A stretch of DNA of 64,000 nt from Hyalangium minutum (GCF_000737315.1 NZ_JMCB01000006.1:496001-560000), one strand, 5' to 3'. Counted from the first letter of the stretch, positions 47,311-58,052 are shown. Program-made: numbers and translations. Notes: generated from the letters alone by a model not told the origin.

Positions 47311-50211
47311 ATGTCTCCGGCCACACCTGCGTCCAGTCCCAGCGAGCGCCTCTCCCGGCAGATCATCGATGGCCTCAAAGAGGGCGTCTTCCAGACGGAT
47401 CCGCAAGGGCGCTGGACGTTCCTCAACCCCGCCTGGTCCGAGCTGACGGGCTTCTCCGTCGCGGAGAGCCTGGGGCGCGACGCGCTCGAGTCCGTTCACC
47501 CCGAGGACCGGACGCGGGTCCAGGAATCGTTCCAGGCGCTGCTCGCGCACAAAGCGGATCACTCCCGCCACGAGCTGCGCTACCTGCGGCGCGACGGGAG
47601 CACGCTCTGGGTGGAGATGGTCACCCGGCCGCTGCAGGGCGAGGACGGCGGCCTGCAGGGGCTGTGCGGCACCCTCACGGACGTGAGCACGCGGCGGCGC
47701 ACGGAAGAGGCCATGGCCCGCCGCGAGCGCTACCTGAGCGCGCTGGTGGAGATGCAGCAGCGGCTGCTGATGGCCCAGCAGGAGGGAGACCTCTACAAGG
47801 ACGTGCTGGAGCCCATCGGCCGGGCCGCGGGCGCCAGCCGCGTCTACTTCTTCGAGGTGTTCCGGGGCGAGGCGGGGCAGCAGCTCATGAGCCAGCGCGC
47901 CGAGTGGTGCGCTCCCGGCATCAAGCCCGTCTCCGGCAACCCGCGCTACCAGCCGGTGGTGGTGGACCGGGACTTCAAGCGCTGGGGCGAGCTGCTGTCG
48001 CGCGGCGAGGTGGTGGCGGGGCGGGTGAAGGACTTCCCCGTCACCGAGCGGGCCATCCTGGAGCCGCAGGGCATCCGCTCCATGCTGGTGCTGCCGCTGC
48101 GCATCAACAATTCGTGGGTGGGCTTCATCGGCTTCGACCACTGCGAGTCAGAGCAGGAGTGGGACAAGCTGGAGGTGGATCTGCTCTCGGCGGCGGCGGG
48201 CGCGCTCTCGCTGGAGCTGGAGCACCGCCGGTCGGAGAGCGCCCTGCGCGAGCGCGAGACGCGCTACCGGCAGCTGGCCGAGAACGCCTCGGACGTGCAG
48301 TACCGCTACAAGCTGGAGCCCCCGCGCGCCTTCCTCTACATCAGCCGCGTGGTGGGAGACCGGCTGGGCTACAGCCCCGAGGAGCACTACGCCAACCCCG
48401 AGCTGTGGCGGCAGCTGGTGCACCCCGGTGACTTGCCCGCGCTCGGACAGCTGCTGGAGGCGCCGCACCAGCTGGGCTCCAAGCCGGTGGTGCTGCGCTT
48501 CACGGGGCGCAACGGGCGGACGCGGTGGCTGGAGCACACGGTGGCCCCCGTGCTGGACACCACCGGCCGGCCCGTGGTCGTCGAAGGCATCGCCCGCGAC
48601 ATCACCGAGCGGCGTGAAGTCGAAGAGCAGCTCAAGATGTCCGAGGCCAGCTTCCGCATCCTCCTGGAGGGCGTGGCGGACGCGGCGGCCATCCAGCGGG
48701 ACGGGCGCATCGTCTACGCGAACATGGCCCTGGTGTCCGCGCTGGGGTTCGACCGGCCGGATCAGCTCGTGGGCCGCACACTGGCGCAGTTCATCGAGGA
48801 CGACATGGAGGAGGTGCCTGGCCCGCCTCCGGACCCCAGCGGCATCAAGGGGATGATCACCGGCGAGCGGCGCCTGGTGCGGCGCGACGGCAAGACGCGC
48901 GTGGCGGAGCTCGTGTCGCTGCCGCTGCTCTTCGACGGCGCGCCCGCGGTGGTGTCCATCGCACGGGACGTGACGGACCAGCGCCAGTTCCAGGCCCGGC
49001 TGACGCTGGCGGACAAGCTGGCCTCGGTGGGCACGCTGGCGGCGGGCATCGCCCATGAAATCAACAACCCGCTGGCCTTCGTCATCTCCAACCTGAGCTT
49101 CCTGTCCGAGGAGATGCGGCGCAGCCAGCTCGCGCTGGAGACGAGCGGCACGGGCGGTGTCCTCGCTCCGGCGCTGGCGCGGCCGCGCGGCATGGGAGGC
49201 GGGCTGGACCTGGTGGAGTGGCAGGAGGTGCTCAGCGAGGCCTATGAGGGCGCCGAGCGCGTGCGGCAGATCGTCCGCCAGCTCCGGGCCTTCTCCCGCC
49301 CGGACGAGGAGCGCCTGACGCCGGTGGATGTGCACCAGGTGCTCGAATCTGTGGTGATGATGGCCACCAACGAGATCCGCCACCGCGCCCAGCTGCACAA
49401 GGACTTCGGGCCGGTGCCCTCGGTCATGGCCAACGAGGGCCGGCTGTCCCAGGTCTTCCTCCACCTCGTGGTGAACGCCGCGCACGCCATCCCCGAGGGC
49501 CAGGCGCACCAGAACGCCATCCGCCTCATCACCCGGCGGCTCGACCCAGGGCGCGTGCTCATCGAGGTGCAGGACACGGGCAGGGGCATTGCCCCCGAGC
49601 ACCTCTCGCGCATCTTCGATCCGTTCTTCACCACCAAGCCGGTGAACGTGGGCACGGGCCTGGGCCTCTCCATCTGCCACAGCACCATCACCAGCATGGG
49701 CGGAGAGATTTCCGTCGACAGCGATCTGGGCAAGGGCACCACGTTCCGCGTGGTGCTGCCGTCCCTGGAGCCTCGCACGCGGCTGCGGCCCACGGGCCAG
49801 CCGACGATTGCCCCGCTCACCCACCGCCGCGGGCGCGTGCTCGTGGTGGACGACGAGCCCGGCGTGGGCAAGGTGCTGCGCCGCATCCTCAAGGAGCACG
49901 AGGTGGAAGTGGCCGCGGGCGGACGCCAGGCGCTCGAGCGGCTGCAGCAGGAGCCAGACAGCTTCGACGCCGTGCTGTGCGACGTGATGATGCCGGACCT
50001 CGGAGGCAAGGACCTCTACGAGGCCGTGCGCCGCACGCATTCCGGGCTGGAGCGGCGCTTCATCTTCGTGTCCGGCGGCGCCTTCACCGCCAACGCTCGT
50101 GAGTTCCTGGAGACCATCCCCAACCCCAAGCTCGAGAAGCCCTTCAACGAGCCGGCGCTGCGGCAGATCGTCCAGGAGCTGGTGAGCCGGGGACCCTCCT
50201 CGACGCGGTAG
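47311..50211 (+). CDS. Hybrid histidine kinase (PAS-GAF-PAS-PAS-HisKA-HATPase-REC)
   Basis: Three PAS domains, GAF, IAHEINNPL, FFTTK, GTGLGL and a receiver with LCDVMMP. Start uncertain (47215-47311). Confidence 0.92.
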   Translation: MSPATPASSPSERLSRQIIDGLKEGVFQTDPQGRWTFLNPAWSELTGFSVAESLGRDALESVHPEDRTRVQESFQALLAHKADHSRHELRYLRRDGSTLWVEMVTRPLQGEDGGLQGLCGTLTDVSTRRRTEEAMARRERYLSALVEMQQRLLMAQQEGDLYKDVLEPIGRAAGASRVYFFEVFRGEAGQQLMSQRAEWCAPGIKPVSGNPRYQPVVVDRDFKRWGELLSRGEVVAGRVKDFPVTERAILEPQGIRSMLVLPLRINNSWVGFIGFDHCESEQEWDKLEVDLLSAAAGALSLELEHRRSESALRERETRYRQLAENASDVQYRYKLEPPRAFLYISRVVGDRLGYSPEEHYANPELWRQLVHPGDLPALGQLLEAPHQLGSKPVVLRFTGRNGRTRWLEHTVAPVLDTTGRPVVVEGIARDITERREVEEQLKMSEASFRILLEGVADAAAIQRDGRIVYANMALVSALGFDRPDQLVGRTLAQFIEDDMEEVPGPPPDPSGIKGMITGERRLVRRDGKTRVAELVSLPLLFDGAPAVVSIARDVTDQRQFQARLTLADKLASVGTLAAGIAHEINNPLAFVISNLSFLSEEMRRSQLALETSGTGGVLAPALARPRGMGGGLDLVEWQEVLSEAYEGAERVRQIVRQLRAFSRPDEERLTPVDVHQVLESVVMMATNEIRHRAQLHKDFGPVPSVMANEGRLSQVFLHLVVNAAHAIPEGQAHQNAIRLITRRLDPGRVLIEVQDTGRGIAPEHLSRIFDPFFTTKPVNVGTGLGLSICHSTITSMGGEISVDSDLGKGTTFRVVLPSLEPRTRLRPTGQPTIAPLTHRRGRVLVVDDEPGVGKVLRRILKEHEVEVAAGGRQALERLQQEPDSFDAVLCDVMMPDLGGKDLYEAVRRTHSGLERRFIFVSGGAFTANAREFLETIPNPKLEKPFNEPALRQIVQELVSRGPSSTR

Positions 50212-50358
50212 GACAAGCGGAAGCACCCAGGCAGCCCCCTCCTCCTGATGACCGATACGGAAGAGGGGGTGGAACCGGGACCGTCCTCCCGCTGTCCGAT
50301 GCGGTGGCCCGGGAAAGCTCCTATACCTGCGCCACTCCCCGCCTTCGAGGTGTGCCGC

Positions 50359-51768
50359 ATGAACCGCACCACCCTGCTCCTGTCCGCCGCCGGACTGCTC
50401 GCGCTCGTTGCCCTGGCGCTGGGGCTGCCCAAGCCCCCTCCCACCACGGACACCACCCACACCCTGGCCCAGCCCGGCGAGCAGGAGCCCACGCTCACGC
50501 TGCCGCTGATCACCTCGGGCGAGGGCGCTCTGGTGTTGGAGGGCAAGCTGTCCGGGTCCTACATGCAGACCGGCCCCAGCGAGGCCTTCGCCGTCCTCGA
50601 GGTGAAGGCCCGGCAGCCCCAGAACCAGCACCGGGTGCCGGTGAACGTGGCGCTCGTCATCGACCGCTCCGGCTCCATGCGCGGGCAGAAGCTGGATGAT
50701 GCGAAGAAGGCCGCGCGCGAGTTCGTGCAGCGGATGACGGACGTGGACCGGCTCGCGCTGGTGCACTACGGCACGAGCGTCACCACCTTCCCGAGCACGC
50801 TGGCCACCGAGGAGGCCCGCGCGCGGATGCTGGCCTTCGTGGACGGCATTGAAGATGACGGCTCCACCAACATCAGCGGTGGCATGGAGGCGGCCGCCCA
50901 GGAGCTGCGCCCGTACGTGAATCAGTTCCGCGTGAGCCGCGCCATCCTCCTGAGCGACGGGCAGCCCACCGCAGGCCTGGTGCGCGAGGAGGAGCTGACA
51001 GCGCTGGCCCGCCAGCTGCGCTCGCAGGGCATCGCCGTGAGCGCCCTGGGCGTGGGCGAGGACTTCAATGAGAACCTGATGCAGGGTGTGGCGGATCAGG
51101 GCGGCGGCTTCTCCGGCTTCCTCAACTCCTCCCAGCTGGCCGAGGTCTTCACCCGCGAGCTGGAGCAGGCCACCAACACCGTGGCGCGCTCGGTGGAGAT
51201 GCGGCTGACGCTGCCCCCGCAGGTGACGACCGCCGAGGTCATGGGCACCAACGCCTACCGCGAGGGCCGCACCGTCCGGGTGCCGCTGTACGACATGGCC
51301 GGCGGCCAGTCGGCTCGGCTGACGGTGAAGCTGACGCTCGACCTGCAAGCGTCCGAGCAGCCGCTGGAGCTGCTGGATGCCAAGGTCTCCTACGTGGACG
51401 TGGAGAAGGACGTCCCGGCCGAGGCTCGCGTGGCGCTCAGCGCCCGGGCCACGGATGACGCCGTGCTGGTGCGCGCCAACCTGGACAAGGAGGTGCGCGT
51501 GCACGCGGTGCGGGCGCTGGGCTCGCAGCAGCTGCGCGCGGCGGCCGAGGAGATGAAGAAGGGCAACCGCACGGCGGCGCTCGGCTTCCTGGGCAACGCG
51601 CGCAAGCTGTTTGGCTCTTCCGCCTCGGCGCTGGCGGGGGAACTTGCGGACGTGGACCGGACCCAGGCAGCCTATGAGAATGCTCAGGATGAGGCCGCGC
51701 AGCGCGACCAGGCGCGGCAGCTCCAGAAGAAGACGATGAAGAGCTTCGGCCTCAACAACGCGTACTGA
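50359..51768 (+). CDS. Membrane-anchored VWA domain protein (YfbK-like)
   Basis: N-terminal TM, MIDAS motif DRSGSM, GSTNI, LLSDG and LGVG. Confidence 0.9.
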   Translation: MNRTTLLLSAAGLLALVALALGLPKPPPTTDTTHTLAQPGEQEPTLTLPLITSGEGALVLEGKLSGSYMQTGPSEAFAVLEVKARQPQNQHRVPVNVALVIDRSGSMRGQKLDDAKKAAREFVQRMTDVDRLALVHYGTSVTTFPSTLATEEARARMLAFVDGIEDDGSTNISGGMEAAAQELRPYVNQFRVSRAILLSDGQPTAGLVREEELTALARQLRSQGIAVSALGVGEDFNENLMQGVADQGGGFSGFLNSSQLAEVFTRELEQATNTVARSVEMRLTLPPQVTTAEVMGTNAYREGRTVRVPLYDMAGGQSARLTVKLTLDLQASEQPLELLDAKVSYVDVEKDVPAEARVALSARATDDAVLVRANLDKEVRVHAVRALGSQQLRAAAEEMKKGNRTAALGFLGNARKLFGSSASALAGELADVDRTQAAYENAQDEAAQRDQARQLQKKTMKSFGLNNAY

Positions 51769-51785
51769 CGTAGGAAGTGATCACC

Positions 51786-52895
51786 ATGGCCTTCTCCCTG
51801 CAACTGCTCCACCGCGAGGACTTCGAGGGGCGCACCCTGCGTGCGCTGGCAGGAGGAGCGGCCGTGGGCATCTTCGCGGCCCTGGCCCAGCGCATCCTCC
51901 ACGTCCCTGTCGACCCGGGCCTTGCGGTGGTGGCGGCGGCCCTGGCCAGCGCGAGGCCCGTGCTCGGCTACACCGCAGCGCTGCGGCTGGCGCTGTGCAT
52001 CCTCCCGGCGCTCCCGTACTTCTTCGATGCCGAGAACCCGGTGCCCCAGGCCTTCTCGGGCGCCATCGCCGCGGCGCTGGTGGGTCTCGTGGGACAGGGC
52101 AGCGAGCGCGTGGGCAAGGCTCCCGAGGTGGCCGCGGGCGCGGTGGCCGCGGGCGCCCTGGTGCCGCTGGGCATGTACGTGCAGCAAGTGCTGGACGCGC
52201 GCTTCTTCCCCAACGGGGGACTGCTGAGCGCGCTCTTGGGCTTTACCTCCGTGGCCCTGTTCTGGAGCGTGGGCACGCTGGCCTCGCACCTGACGCTGCA
52301 CGTGGATCCGGTGGAGTCCCGCGGCAGCACCCTGGAGAACACGCTGGAGGGCGAGGCCCAGGAGCTCGTGGGGCGCACGCTCGCCCTGTACCGGCAGTGC
52401 CTCGGGGTGGCGATGAAGATGGCGCCCGGCGCGGGGCGCAGCGAGCTGGTGGAGGTGCTGCGCAAGATGGCGCGCGAGGCCTTCACCCTCGCCGAGTCCC
52501 ACTCGGGCCTGGAGGCCCAGCTGAAGTCCGTGGCGCAGACGGATGTGGATGCGCAGGTGAAGGATCTCCGCGCCCGAGCGGCGGCCACCGAGGATGCGGT
52601 GGCGCGGCGGCAGCTGGAGCTGGCCGCCTCCTCACTGGGTGAGGAGCTCAACCGGCTGGACACGCTGTCGCGCAAGCGAGAGCGGCTGCTGGCCCAGCTT
52701 CATGCACAGGTGGCGCTGCTTGAGCGCGCGCGCGTGTCCCTCGTGGGTGCCGCGGGCTCCGAGGCCAGCGCGAAGGGTGCTCAGGCGGCCCAGCTGGCCA
52801 AGCGGCTCGCGTCCATGGGCGAGGAGGCTCCTGCCCCCATCTCCGAGCCGGAGCAGGCGGCGGCTCAGCCCGCGCCTACGCGCGTCTCCCACTGA
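51786..52895 (+). CDS. Hypothetical membrane protein with a C-terminal coiled coil
   Basis: About 6 Ala/Gly-rich TM segments followed by a long amphipathic helical region; co-oriented 17 nt after the VWA gene. Confidence 0.75.
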   Translation: MAFSLQLLHREDFEGRTLRALAGGAAVGIFAALAQRILHVPVDPGLAVVAAALASARPVLGYTAALRLALCILPALPYFFDAENPVPQAFSGAIAAALVGLVGQGSERVGKAPEVAAGAVAAGALVPLGMYVQQVLDARFFPNGGLLSALLGFTSVALFWSVGTLASHLTLHVDPVESRGSTLENTLEGEAQELVGRTLALYRQCLGVAMKMAPGAGRSELVEVLRKMAREAFTLAESHSGLEAQLKSVAQTDVDAQVKDLRARAAATEDAVARRQLELAASSLGEELNRLDTLSRKRERLLAQLHAQVALLERARVSLVGAAGSEASAKGAQAAQLAKRLASMGEEAPAPISEPEQAAAQPAPTRVSH

Positions 52896-53023
52896 GGCGC
52901 ACGGGGTGTATGGGAGCCTTTTCGAGCTCCCCCCTTTGCATTGCGCCCATCGTCCCTACCTTCCTGCCCGCATGACTGGGCTCCCCGCTCGAACGGGGCA
53001 GCCCCCTTTCCAGGGAGTGAGCC

Positions 53024-53227
53024 GTGACGAAGAAGGTTCTGCTGGGTGCGGTGCTGGGTGCGCTGGTGGCGGGGACTGGCTGCCACCGCAGCACGCGTGA
53101 GAACGCCGAGGACAAGGCGGAGCAGGCCGGTGACAAGATCGAGGACGCCGCCGACAAGGCCGCCGACAAGACCGAGGACGCCGTGGAGAAGGCGGGCGAC
53201 AAGATCGAGGACGCCACCGACAAGTAA
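53024..53227 (+). CDS. Small lipoprotein with LEA/YtxH-like helical repeats
   Basis: Lipobox AGTGC; AGDKIEDA occurs twice; SD GGGAG upstream. Confidence 0.75.
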   Translation: MTKKVLLGAVLGALVAGTGCHRSTRENAEDKAEQAGDKIEDAADKAADKTEDAVEKAGDKIEDATDK

Positions 53228-53288
53228 GAAGCACGCTCCGCCGCGCCGTGCGCAGCTCTCGCGCCCGCGCCGGGCCCTTGCGGAGAGA

Positions 53289-53313
53289 CAGGCCGCAACT
53301 CCTGTGCGGCCTG
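53289..53313. terminator. Hairpin between convergent genes
   Basis: Perfect 9-bp stem CAGGCCGCA / TGCGGCCTG with a 7-nt loop. Confidence 0.55.
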
Positions 53314-53331
53314 CCTAGCTCCTGAGGGTGA

Positions 53332-53937
53332 CTACTTCTTGGTGCCGTCCGCCGGAGCCGGGGTGCCCGCCGGAGCCGCCGCCGGCGGCGTGGGCTCAGG
53401 AATCTTGTTCTTCAGGGCGGGCGTCGCCTGCAGGTAGGCGAAGACGGCCTTGAGGTCCTCGTCCGTCATCGCGGCAGCGTTCTGCCAAGGCATCGGCGGG
53501 AGGATGGGACGGCCCTGGCCCATGTGCTTGCCCGTCCGCATGGCCTGGACGAACTGCTTCTCCGTCCAGCTGCCAATCCCCGTCTCCTTGTCCGAGGTGA
53601 TGTTGGCCGCATAGCTCACCCCCCACGGCCCGGCCATCGCGGTGTTGGTGGCCAGGAAGGAGACGATCCACGGCCCCGAGGGGGCCGGCGGGGGCGGCAG
53701 CTGCATGCCCTCGGGGTGGCCCGAGAGCATCTTCGTCATGTCCGGGGCAGGCCCCTGAGGGCCCATGGCCAGCGGCGTGTGACAATCGTGGCAGCCCGCG
53801 ATACGGACCAGATATTCACCACGCTGGGCCTGCTTGCTCATCTTGGGCTTGGCGGGCGTCTTGCCCTGTGCCACAGCGACGAGGGGAACAGCGACGGCCA
53901 CCGCAGACGCCATCAACAGCACACGGCTCGGCTTCAT
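53332..53937 (-). CDS. Monoheme cytochrome c
   Basis: Signal peptide, GEYLV..AGCHDCHTP, ANITSD.ETGIG and Met ligand PMPW. Confidence 0.88.
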   Translation of the reverse strand: MKPSRVLLMASAVAVAVPLVAVAQGKTPAKPKMSKQAQRGEYLVRIAGCHDCHTPLAMGPQGPAPDMTKMLSGHPEGMQLPPPPAPSGPWIVSFLATNTAMAGPWGVSYAANITSDKETGIGSWTEKQFVQAMRTGKHMGQGRPILPPMPWQNAAAMTDEDLKAVFAYLQATPALKNKIPEPTPPAAAPAGTPAPADGTKK

Positions 53938-53956
53938 TGCCACTCCTATGAATGAC

Positions 53957-55096
53957 TTAGGGCTGAGTAGAGGTACTGCCAGACAGCACGGGGGCACTCC
54001 CTGGCCCCAGGCTCTCTGCGGCCCAGCGAGATAGCAGGGCCATTGCCTGGCCGTCTACCACTACGGTGCCCAACGGTGGCATTTGCGTCGCAGCCTGACG
54101 CGACCCCATCCTCAGCAGCGCCCCGCTGTGCTCCGGGCGCCCAGGCTCCAGGCGGAAGCGTGCATCCGGCGGCAGCCCCGCGGGACGGGCCCGCAGGGGA
54201 ATCCCCACGGCCGTGGCCACGGCCCGCTCGCTCCCCAGCGCCCCCTGCCCCACCACGTGCCGGAAGGCGAGCCCCAGGCCCTTGAGCATCCCCTCGTCAT
54301 TGTGGCAGTGCCCACAGTTGCCGTGCAGGTAGCCCAGCGCCGCGCGCTCGGTAGGCGTGCTCGCGGCGAGGCGTGGCGGCGTCTCTCGAAGCGCCCGAGG
54401 CAGGCGCTTGAGCAGGTTGTGCTCAACCAGATATTTCAGATCCACCCCAGGGGCGGGCACGGGCTCGGCGTGCAGAGCGTTCGGATCCCGATCCGTCGAC
54501 AGCTGGAGCGCGCTGAAGCCCAGCACCTCCGTGTCCTGCCCCTGGTGACACGCTTTGCAGTCATTGAGGCTGGGAACAGCATGCCAGCGGCCTTCCTCCA
54601 CCTCACAGGCCCCCGGAAGCCCCTGGCTCGGCACGAGCACGGCTTCGCTCTCGTCCGCCTGCCATGCGTACGAGGCATACAGCCACGTCCCATCCGCCTG
54701 GCGCTCCATGTAGCGTGTCTCCACGCGCCGGCCATGGAAGGAGAACTCTTTCCAGAATTTCGTGCCTACAGGGAAAACCCAGGCATTCGGCCGGGAGCCG
54801 TCGATGGCCTTCCCCGGCGGCAGGGAAACCCAGCGGCGCTTGAGTGCCCCGTCCGTCCAGAGGGGGTATTGGGGCGAGTACTCGAGGACTCGCGAGGCAA
54901 CCCCGTGCTGGCGGATGTCCCCATAAAGCCCCGTCCCACTCAGGGTGGGGGGCGGAGCCCGCGGCCCTACCGGCGCCTTCGCGAGGGCCAGCCCCCCCCC
55001 GAGCACCCCCACCACCACGAGCCAGCCGAGCCACGCCCAGAAACCGGGGCGCCCGCCAGAGTCCCTTGCTTCATGCCGTTGAGCCGCGCTCACCAT
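53957..55096 (-). CDS. Diheme c-type cytochrome (SO2930-like)
   Basis: TM anchor, YSPQYPLWTDGALKRRW...FPVGTKFWKEF and two CxxCH motifs (CKACH, CGHCH). Start uncertain. Confidence 0.78.
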   Translation of the reverse strand: MVSAAQRHEARDSGGRPGFWAWLGWLVVVGVLGGGLALAKAPVGPRAPPPTLSGTGLYGDIRQHGVASRVLEYSPQYPLWTDGALKRRWVSLPPGKAIDGSRPNAWVFPVGTKFWKEFSFHGRRVETRYMERQADGTWLYASYAWQADESEAVLVPSQGLPGACEVEEGRWHAVPSLNDCKACHQGQDTEVLGFSALQLSTDRDPNALHAEPVPAPGVDLKYLVEHNLLKRLPRALRETPPRLAASTPTERAALGYLHGNCGHCHNDEGMLKGLGLAFRHVVGQGALGSERAVATAVGIPLRARPAGLPPDARFRLEPGRPEHSGALLRMGSRQAATQMPPLGTVVVDGQAMALLSRWAAESLGPGSAPVLSGSTSTQP

Positions 55097-55257
55097 ACGA
55101 GCCCCGGAGTGTGCCAGCAGTCCGCCCCGTTGGCACGCGACAGGCCCCCGGCCCCCGTCTCCCCCCCGTTTTCCGAGAACTGTCGTCATCGGGTTGAGAA
55201 GCGGACCAAACCCAGGGAGAATGATTCTGTCCCCTACCTGACAAGGAAGCTTTATCC

Positions 55258-55947
55258 ATGTCCACCCCTTCCACGCCCCCCCGCTATGACTTCTACAGTC
55301 CCATCCACAAGGGCCTGCGTCGCACGATGTCCCGGCTGCTGGAACGGATGGGCTCAGCCAACTTCGCGGATGCCGCGCAGAGCAGCGCCATTCTTGGTGA
55401 GCTGCGCGTCCTGCTCGAGGCCTGTAGCCACCACATCAAGCACGAGAACACCTTCATTCACCCCACGATCGAGGAGCGGCTGAAGGGAGCCTCGAGCAAG
55501 ACCGCCCAGGAGCACGAGGGGCACCGCAAGGAGCTGGCCGAGCTGCAGCATCAGGCGGACGCCCTGCAGCAGGCGCCGGAGCAAGCCCGGCCCGCCCTGG
55601 CGCACACGCTGTATCTGTCCTTCAGCCGCTTCGTCGGCGAGAACCTGGCCCACATGGCCGAGGAGGAGCAGGAGCTGATGGGCAAGCTCCACGCCCACTT
55701 CTCCGACGCGGAGCTGATGGCCATGGAGGGGAAGATCCTCTCCACCATCGCCCCGGATCTGATGATGACCTTCATGACCATGATGATCCCGGCCATGAAC
55801 CGGGACGAGCGGGCCGCCGTGCTCGGTGGCATGAAGCAGGCGGCGCCCCCGGAGGCCTTCAACGCCGTTCTCCAGGTGGCCGCGCGGCCGAACCTCGACA
55901 CCGCGGACTGGCAGGACCTCACCCGCAAGCTGGGTGTCTCTGCCTGA
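55258..55947 (+). CDS. Hemerythrin-domain protein
   Basis: Di-iron ligand pattern HKGL, HHIKHENTF, EHEGH and HMAEEE. Confidence 0.9.
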   Translation: MSTPSTPPRYDFYSPIHKGLRRTMSRLLERMGSANFADAAQSSAILGELRVLLEACSHHIKHENTFIHPTIEERLKGASSKTAQEHEGHRKELAELQHQADALQQAPEQARPALAHTLYLSFSRFVGENLAHMAEEEQELMGKLHAHFSDAELMAMEGKILSTIAPDLMMTFMTMMIPAMNRDERAAVLGGMKQAAPPEAFNAVLQVAARPNLDTADWQDLTRKLGVSA

Positions 55948-56043
55948 AGCCCTGCCGAACCCCAGCCGCTCCGGCTGGGGCATCTTCCCTCTCAAGTTCC
56001 TAGTCTAGTAAGGACTTGGCCCTCACTCCTTGGCTGCCACGAA

Positions 56044-58038
56044 ATGCTACAGATGATGAATCCTGCTTCCCTGTTCTCCCGGGCGCCCGCTCACGCAGCG
56101 CCTGTGTCCCTCTCGGTGTGGCCGCGCCTGCTCGCCTGCGCGCTGCTGCTGCCAGCCCTGGCCTGCAACCTCTTGGACGTCTCCAGCACGGAGAACCTCG
56201 CCGACGGCCGTGGCGCGCGCGTCTTCGACCCGTACCAGTCGTCCAACTCGGGCGCCATTCGCCTGTCCCTGCAGTGGTACAACGGCTGCGCGGTGATCCC
56301 CACGGGCCAAGTCGTGCCGAAGAACTCCGCGGACATCGACTACCCCGCGGACTACCCGGACGACTGCCCCAGCTCCATCGCCATTGATGGCGTCCCGCCG
56401 TACGCGCCCCCGGGGAAGATCACCCTGGTCACCAACACCAACTACTTCTTCAACCAGTTCACGGTGACCGACACCCGCGTCAACCTGCACACCAACTCCA
56501 AGGCTCTGTCGGAGCCGCTGAACTGGATCACCAAGGAGTCGCGCTTCAAGAGCCTGGACTGGTCCGGCGTGGGCCTGGTGAACGACGACTGGGTCTACCA
56601 AGTGGGAGTGCCTGGCGTGAGCCAGGACCGGTGGCACCGCATCGTCAACTTCGAGAACGCCGCCTGGCGCAGGGCCACGGGAGACACCTTCAAGGTGGAG
56701 ATCCTCGACTCGGAGGGCACGGTGCGTGGCACTCCCGTCGAGTACTCGCGCGCGGAGTTCCTCGTGAGCACGCCGTACGCCGGGCACTCGCACTTCGGCT
56801 GGCGCATGGAGAATGTCCTGCCTCCGCGCTTCCCGGGAGACTTGGAGACGCACGCGCTGCCGGAGATCCCCGGCTATCCCCCCCAGGCCCCGGTGTTCCG
56901 CACCACCGCCCGTCTGGACATCGTGGGCAGCACCAACCCCTTCAAGACGTTCCGCGTGCCGGATCTGCAAGGCGAGGGCGCCGTGCGGGTGACGTGGAGC
57001 CAGATGCCCAACGAGCCGTTCTACTTCCCGGTGACGTTCGTGGCCCCGCAGGATCTGCCGGTCACCTGCTTCGCCGAGGACGGGACCACCAGCGCCCAGT
57101 GCGGCTTCGGCGTTGATCCCAACCTGCGCATCGTCGCGCCGACCAACGGCAAGTACTTCGAGCCGGGCGAGGTGATGAACCTCTTCATCGACGTGCGGGA
57201 CACCAACGGCAAGCGGCTGCACACGCCGGACATGCTGCCCAGCGGCGTCGCGGCGGTGAGCAACCAGAGCAACGGCCTGCTCTACCCGAGCCTGCCCTAC
57301 ATCGAGCGCACCCTCGAGCTGGACATGATCCCCATCGTCAACATCGCGGGGCCGATCCACAAGCTGATCAACCGCAGCAACCCGAAGGAGCCGGCGCAGT
57401 ATTTCACGAATGGGTACTCGTACTCGACGCCCAGCGAGACGGCGACCACGCCGCTGAACTCCGCGGAGTTCGGCCAGGAGTGGGCCACGCGCGTCGGCAC
57501 GCAGCTGCCCCCCAACGCCGAGCCCGGCACGTACGTGGCACTCATCAAGTTCAACCGCTACTTCGGCGGCGAGCGCCTGGCGAAGATCAAGCCCTACTTC
57601 TTCCAGGTGGGCACGGAGAAGCGCACCACCTATCCGGGCAAGATTGGCAACTGCCAGATCTGCCACCGCGGCGTGCTCTCGCTGGACAACCTGCGCCACG
57701 GCCTGGCGGTGGACCACGTGGAGGCCTGCAAGTCGTGCCACCAGTACGAGACGTCCAACGGCGGCACGGTGATGGAGAACCTGCACAAGATTCACATGCG
57801 CTCGCCGAAGTTCCCGGGGTCCAAGTCTGACTGCACCGTGTGCCACCTGACGAGGGACAGCGCCACCCGCCCCAGCCTCTATGCGTGCGGCACGTGCCAC
57901 CCTTCGGCGCACAACGCCGAGTACTTCGCGGCCCAGTTCCTCACCGGCACCGAGCCGAGCCGCTACGGCAACTGCGCCCAGCAGTGCCATGGCAATTCTG
58001 ACACCTTGCCCAAGAGCCACTTCCTCCCCGCTGAGTGA
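56044..58038 (+). CDS. Multiheme (pentaheme) cytochrome c lipoprotein, MtrC/OmcA-like C-terminal domain
   Basis: Lipobox LPALAC; CQICH, CKSCH, CTVCH, CGTCH and CAQQCH all lie in the last ~130 aa, with LHKIH. Confidence 0.8.
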   Translation: MLQMMNPASLFSRAPAHAAPVSLSVWPRLLACALLLPALACNLLDVSSTENLADGRGARVFDPYQSSNSGAIRLSLQWYNGCAVIPTGQVVPKNSADIDYPADYPDDCPSSIAIDGVPPYAPPGKITLVTNTNYFFNQFTVTDTRVNLHTNSKALSEPLNWITKESRFKSLDWSGVGLVNDDWVYQVGVPGVSQDRWHRIVNFENAAWRRATGDTFKVEILDSEGTVRGTPVEYSRAEFLVSTPYAGHSHFGWRMENVLPPRFPGDLETHALPEIPGYPPQAPVFRTTARLDIVGSTNPFKTFRVPDLQGEGAVRVTWSQMPNEPFYFPVTFVAPQDLPVTCFAEDGTTSAQCGFGVDPNLRIVAPTNGKYFEPGEVMNLFIDVRDTNGKRLHTPDMLPSGVAAVSNQSNGLLYPSLPYIERTLELDMIPIVNIAGPIHKLINRSNPKEPAQYFTNGYSYSTPSETATTPLNSAEFGQEWATRVGTQLPPNAEPGTYVALIKFNRYFGGERLAKIKPYFFQVGTEKRTTYPGKIGNCQICHRGVLSLDNLRHGLAVDHVEACKSCHQYETSNGGTVMENLHKIHMRSPKFPGSKSDCTVCHLTRDSATRPSLYACGTCHPSAHNAEYFAAQFLTGTEPSRYGNCAQQCHGNSDTLPKSHFLPAE

Positions 58039-58052
58039 GAGATTCCAACACC

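Noticed and set aside
42789-50211. Three adjacent histidine kinases with no DNA-binding response regulator
   Set aside because: Orphan kinase clusters are normal in myxobacteria and the domain content is ordinary.
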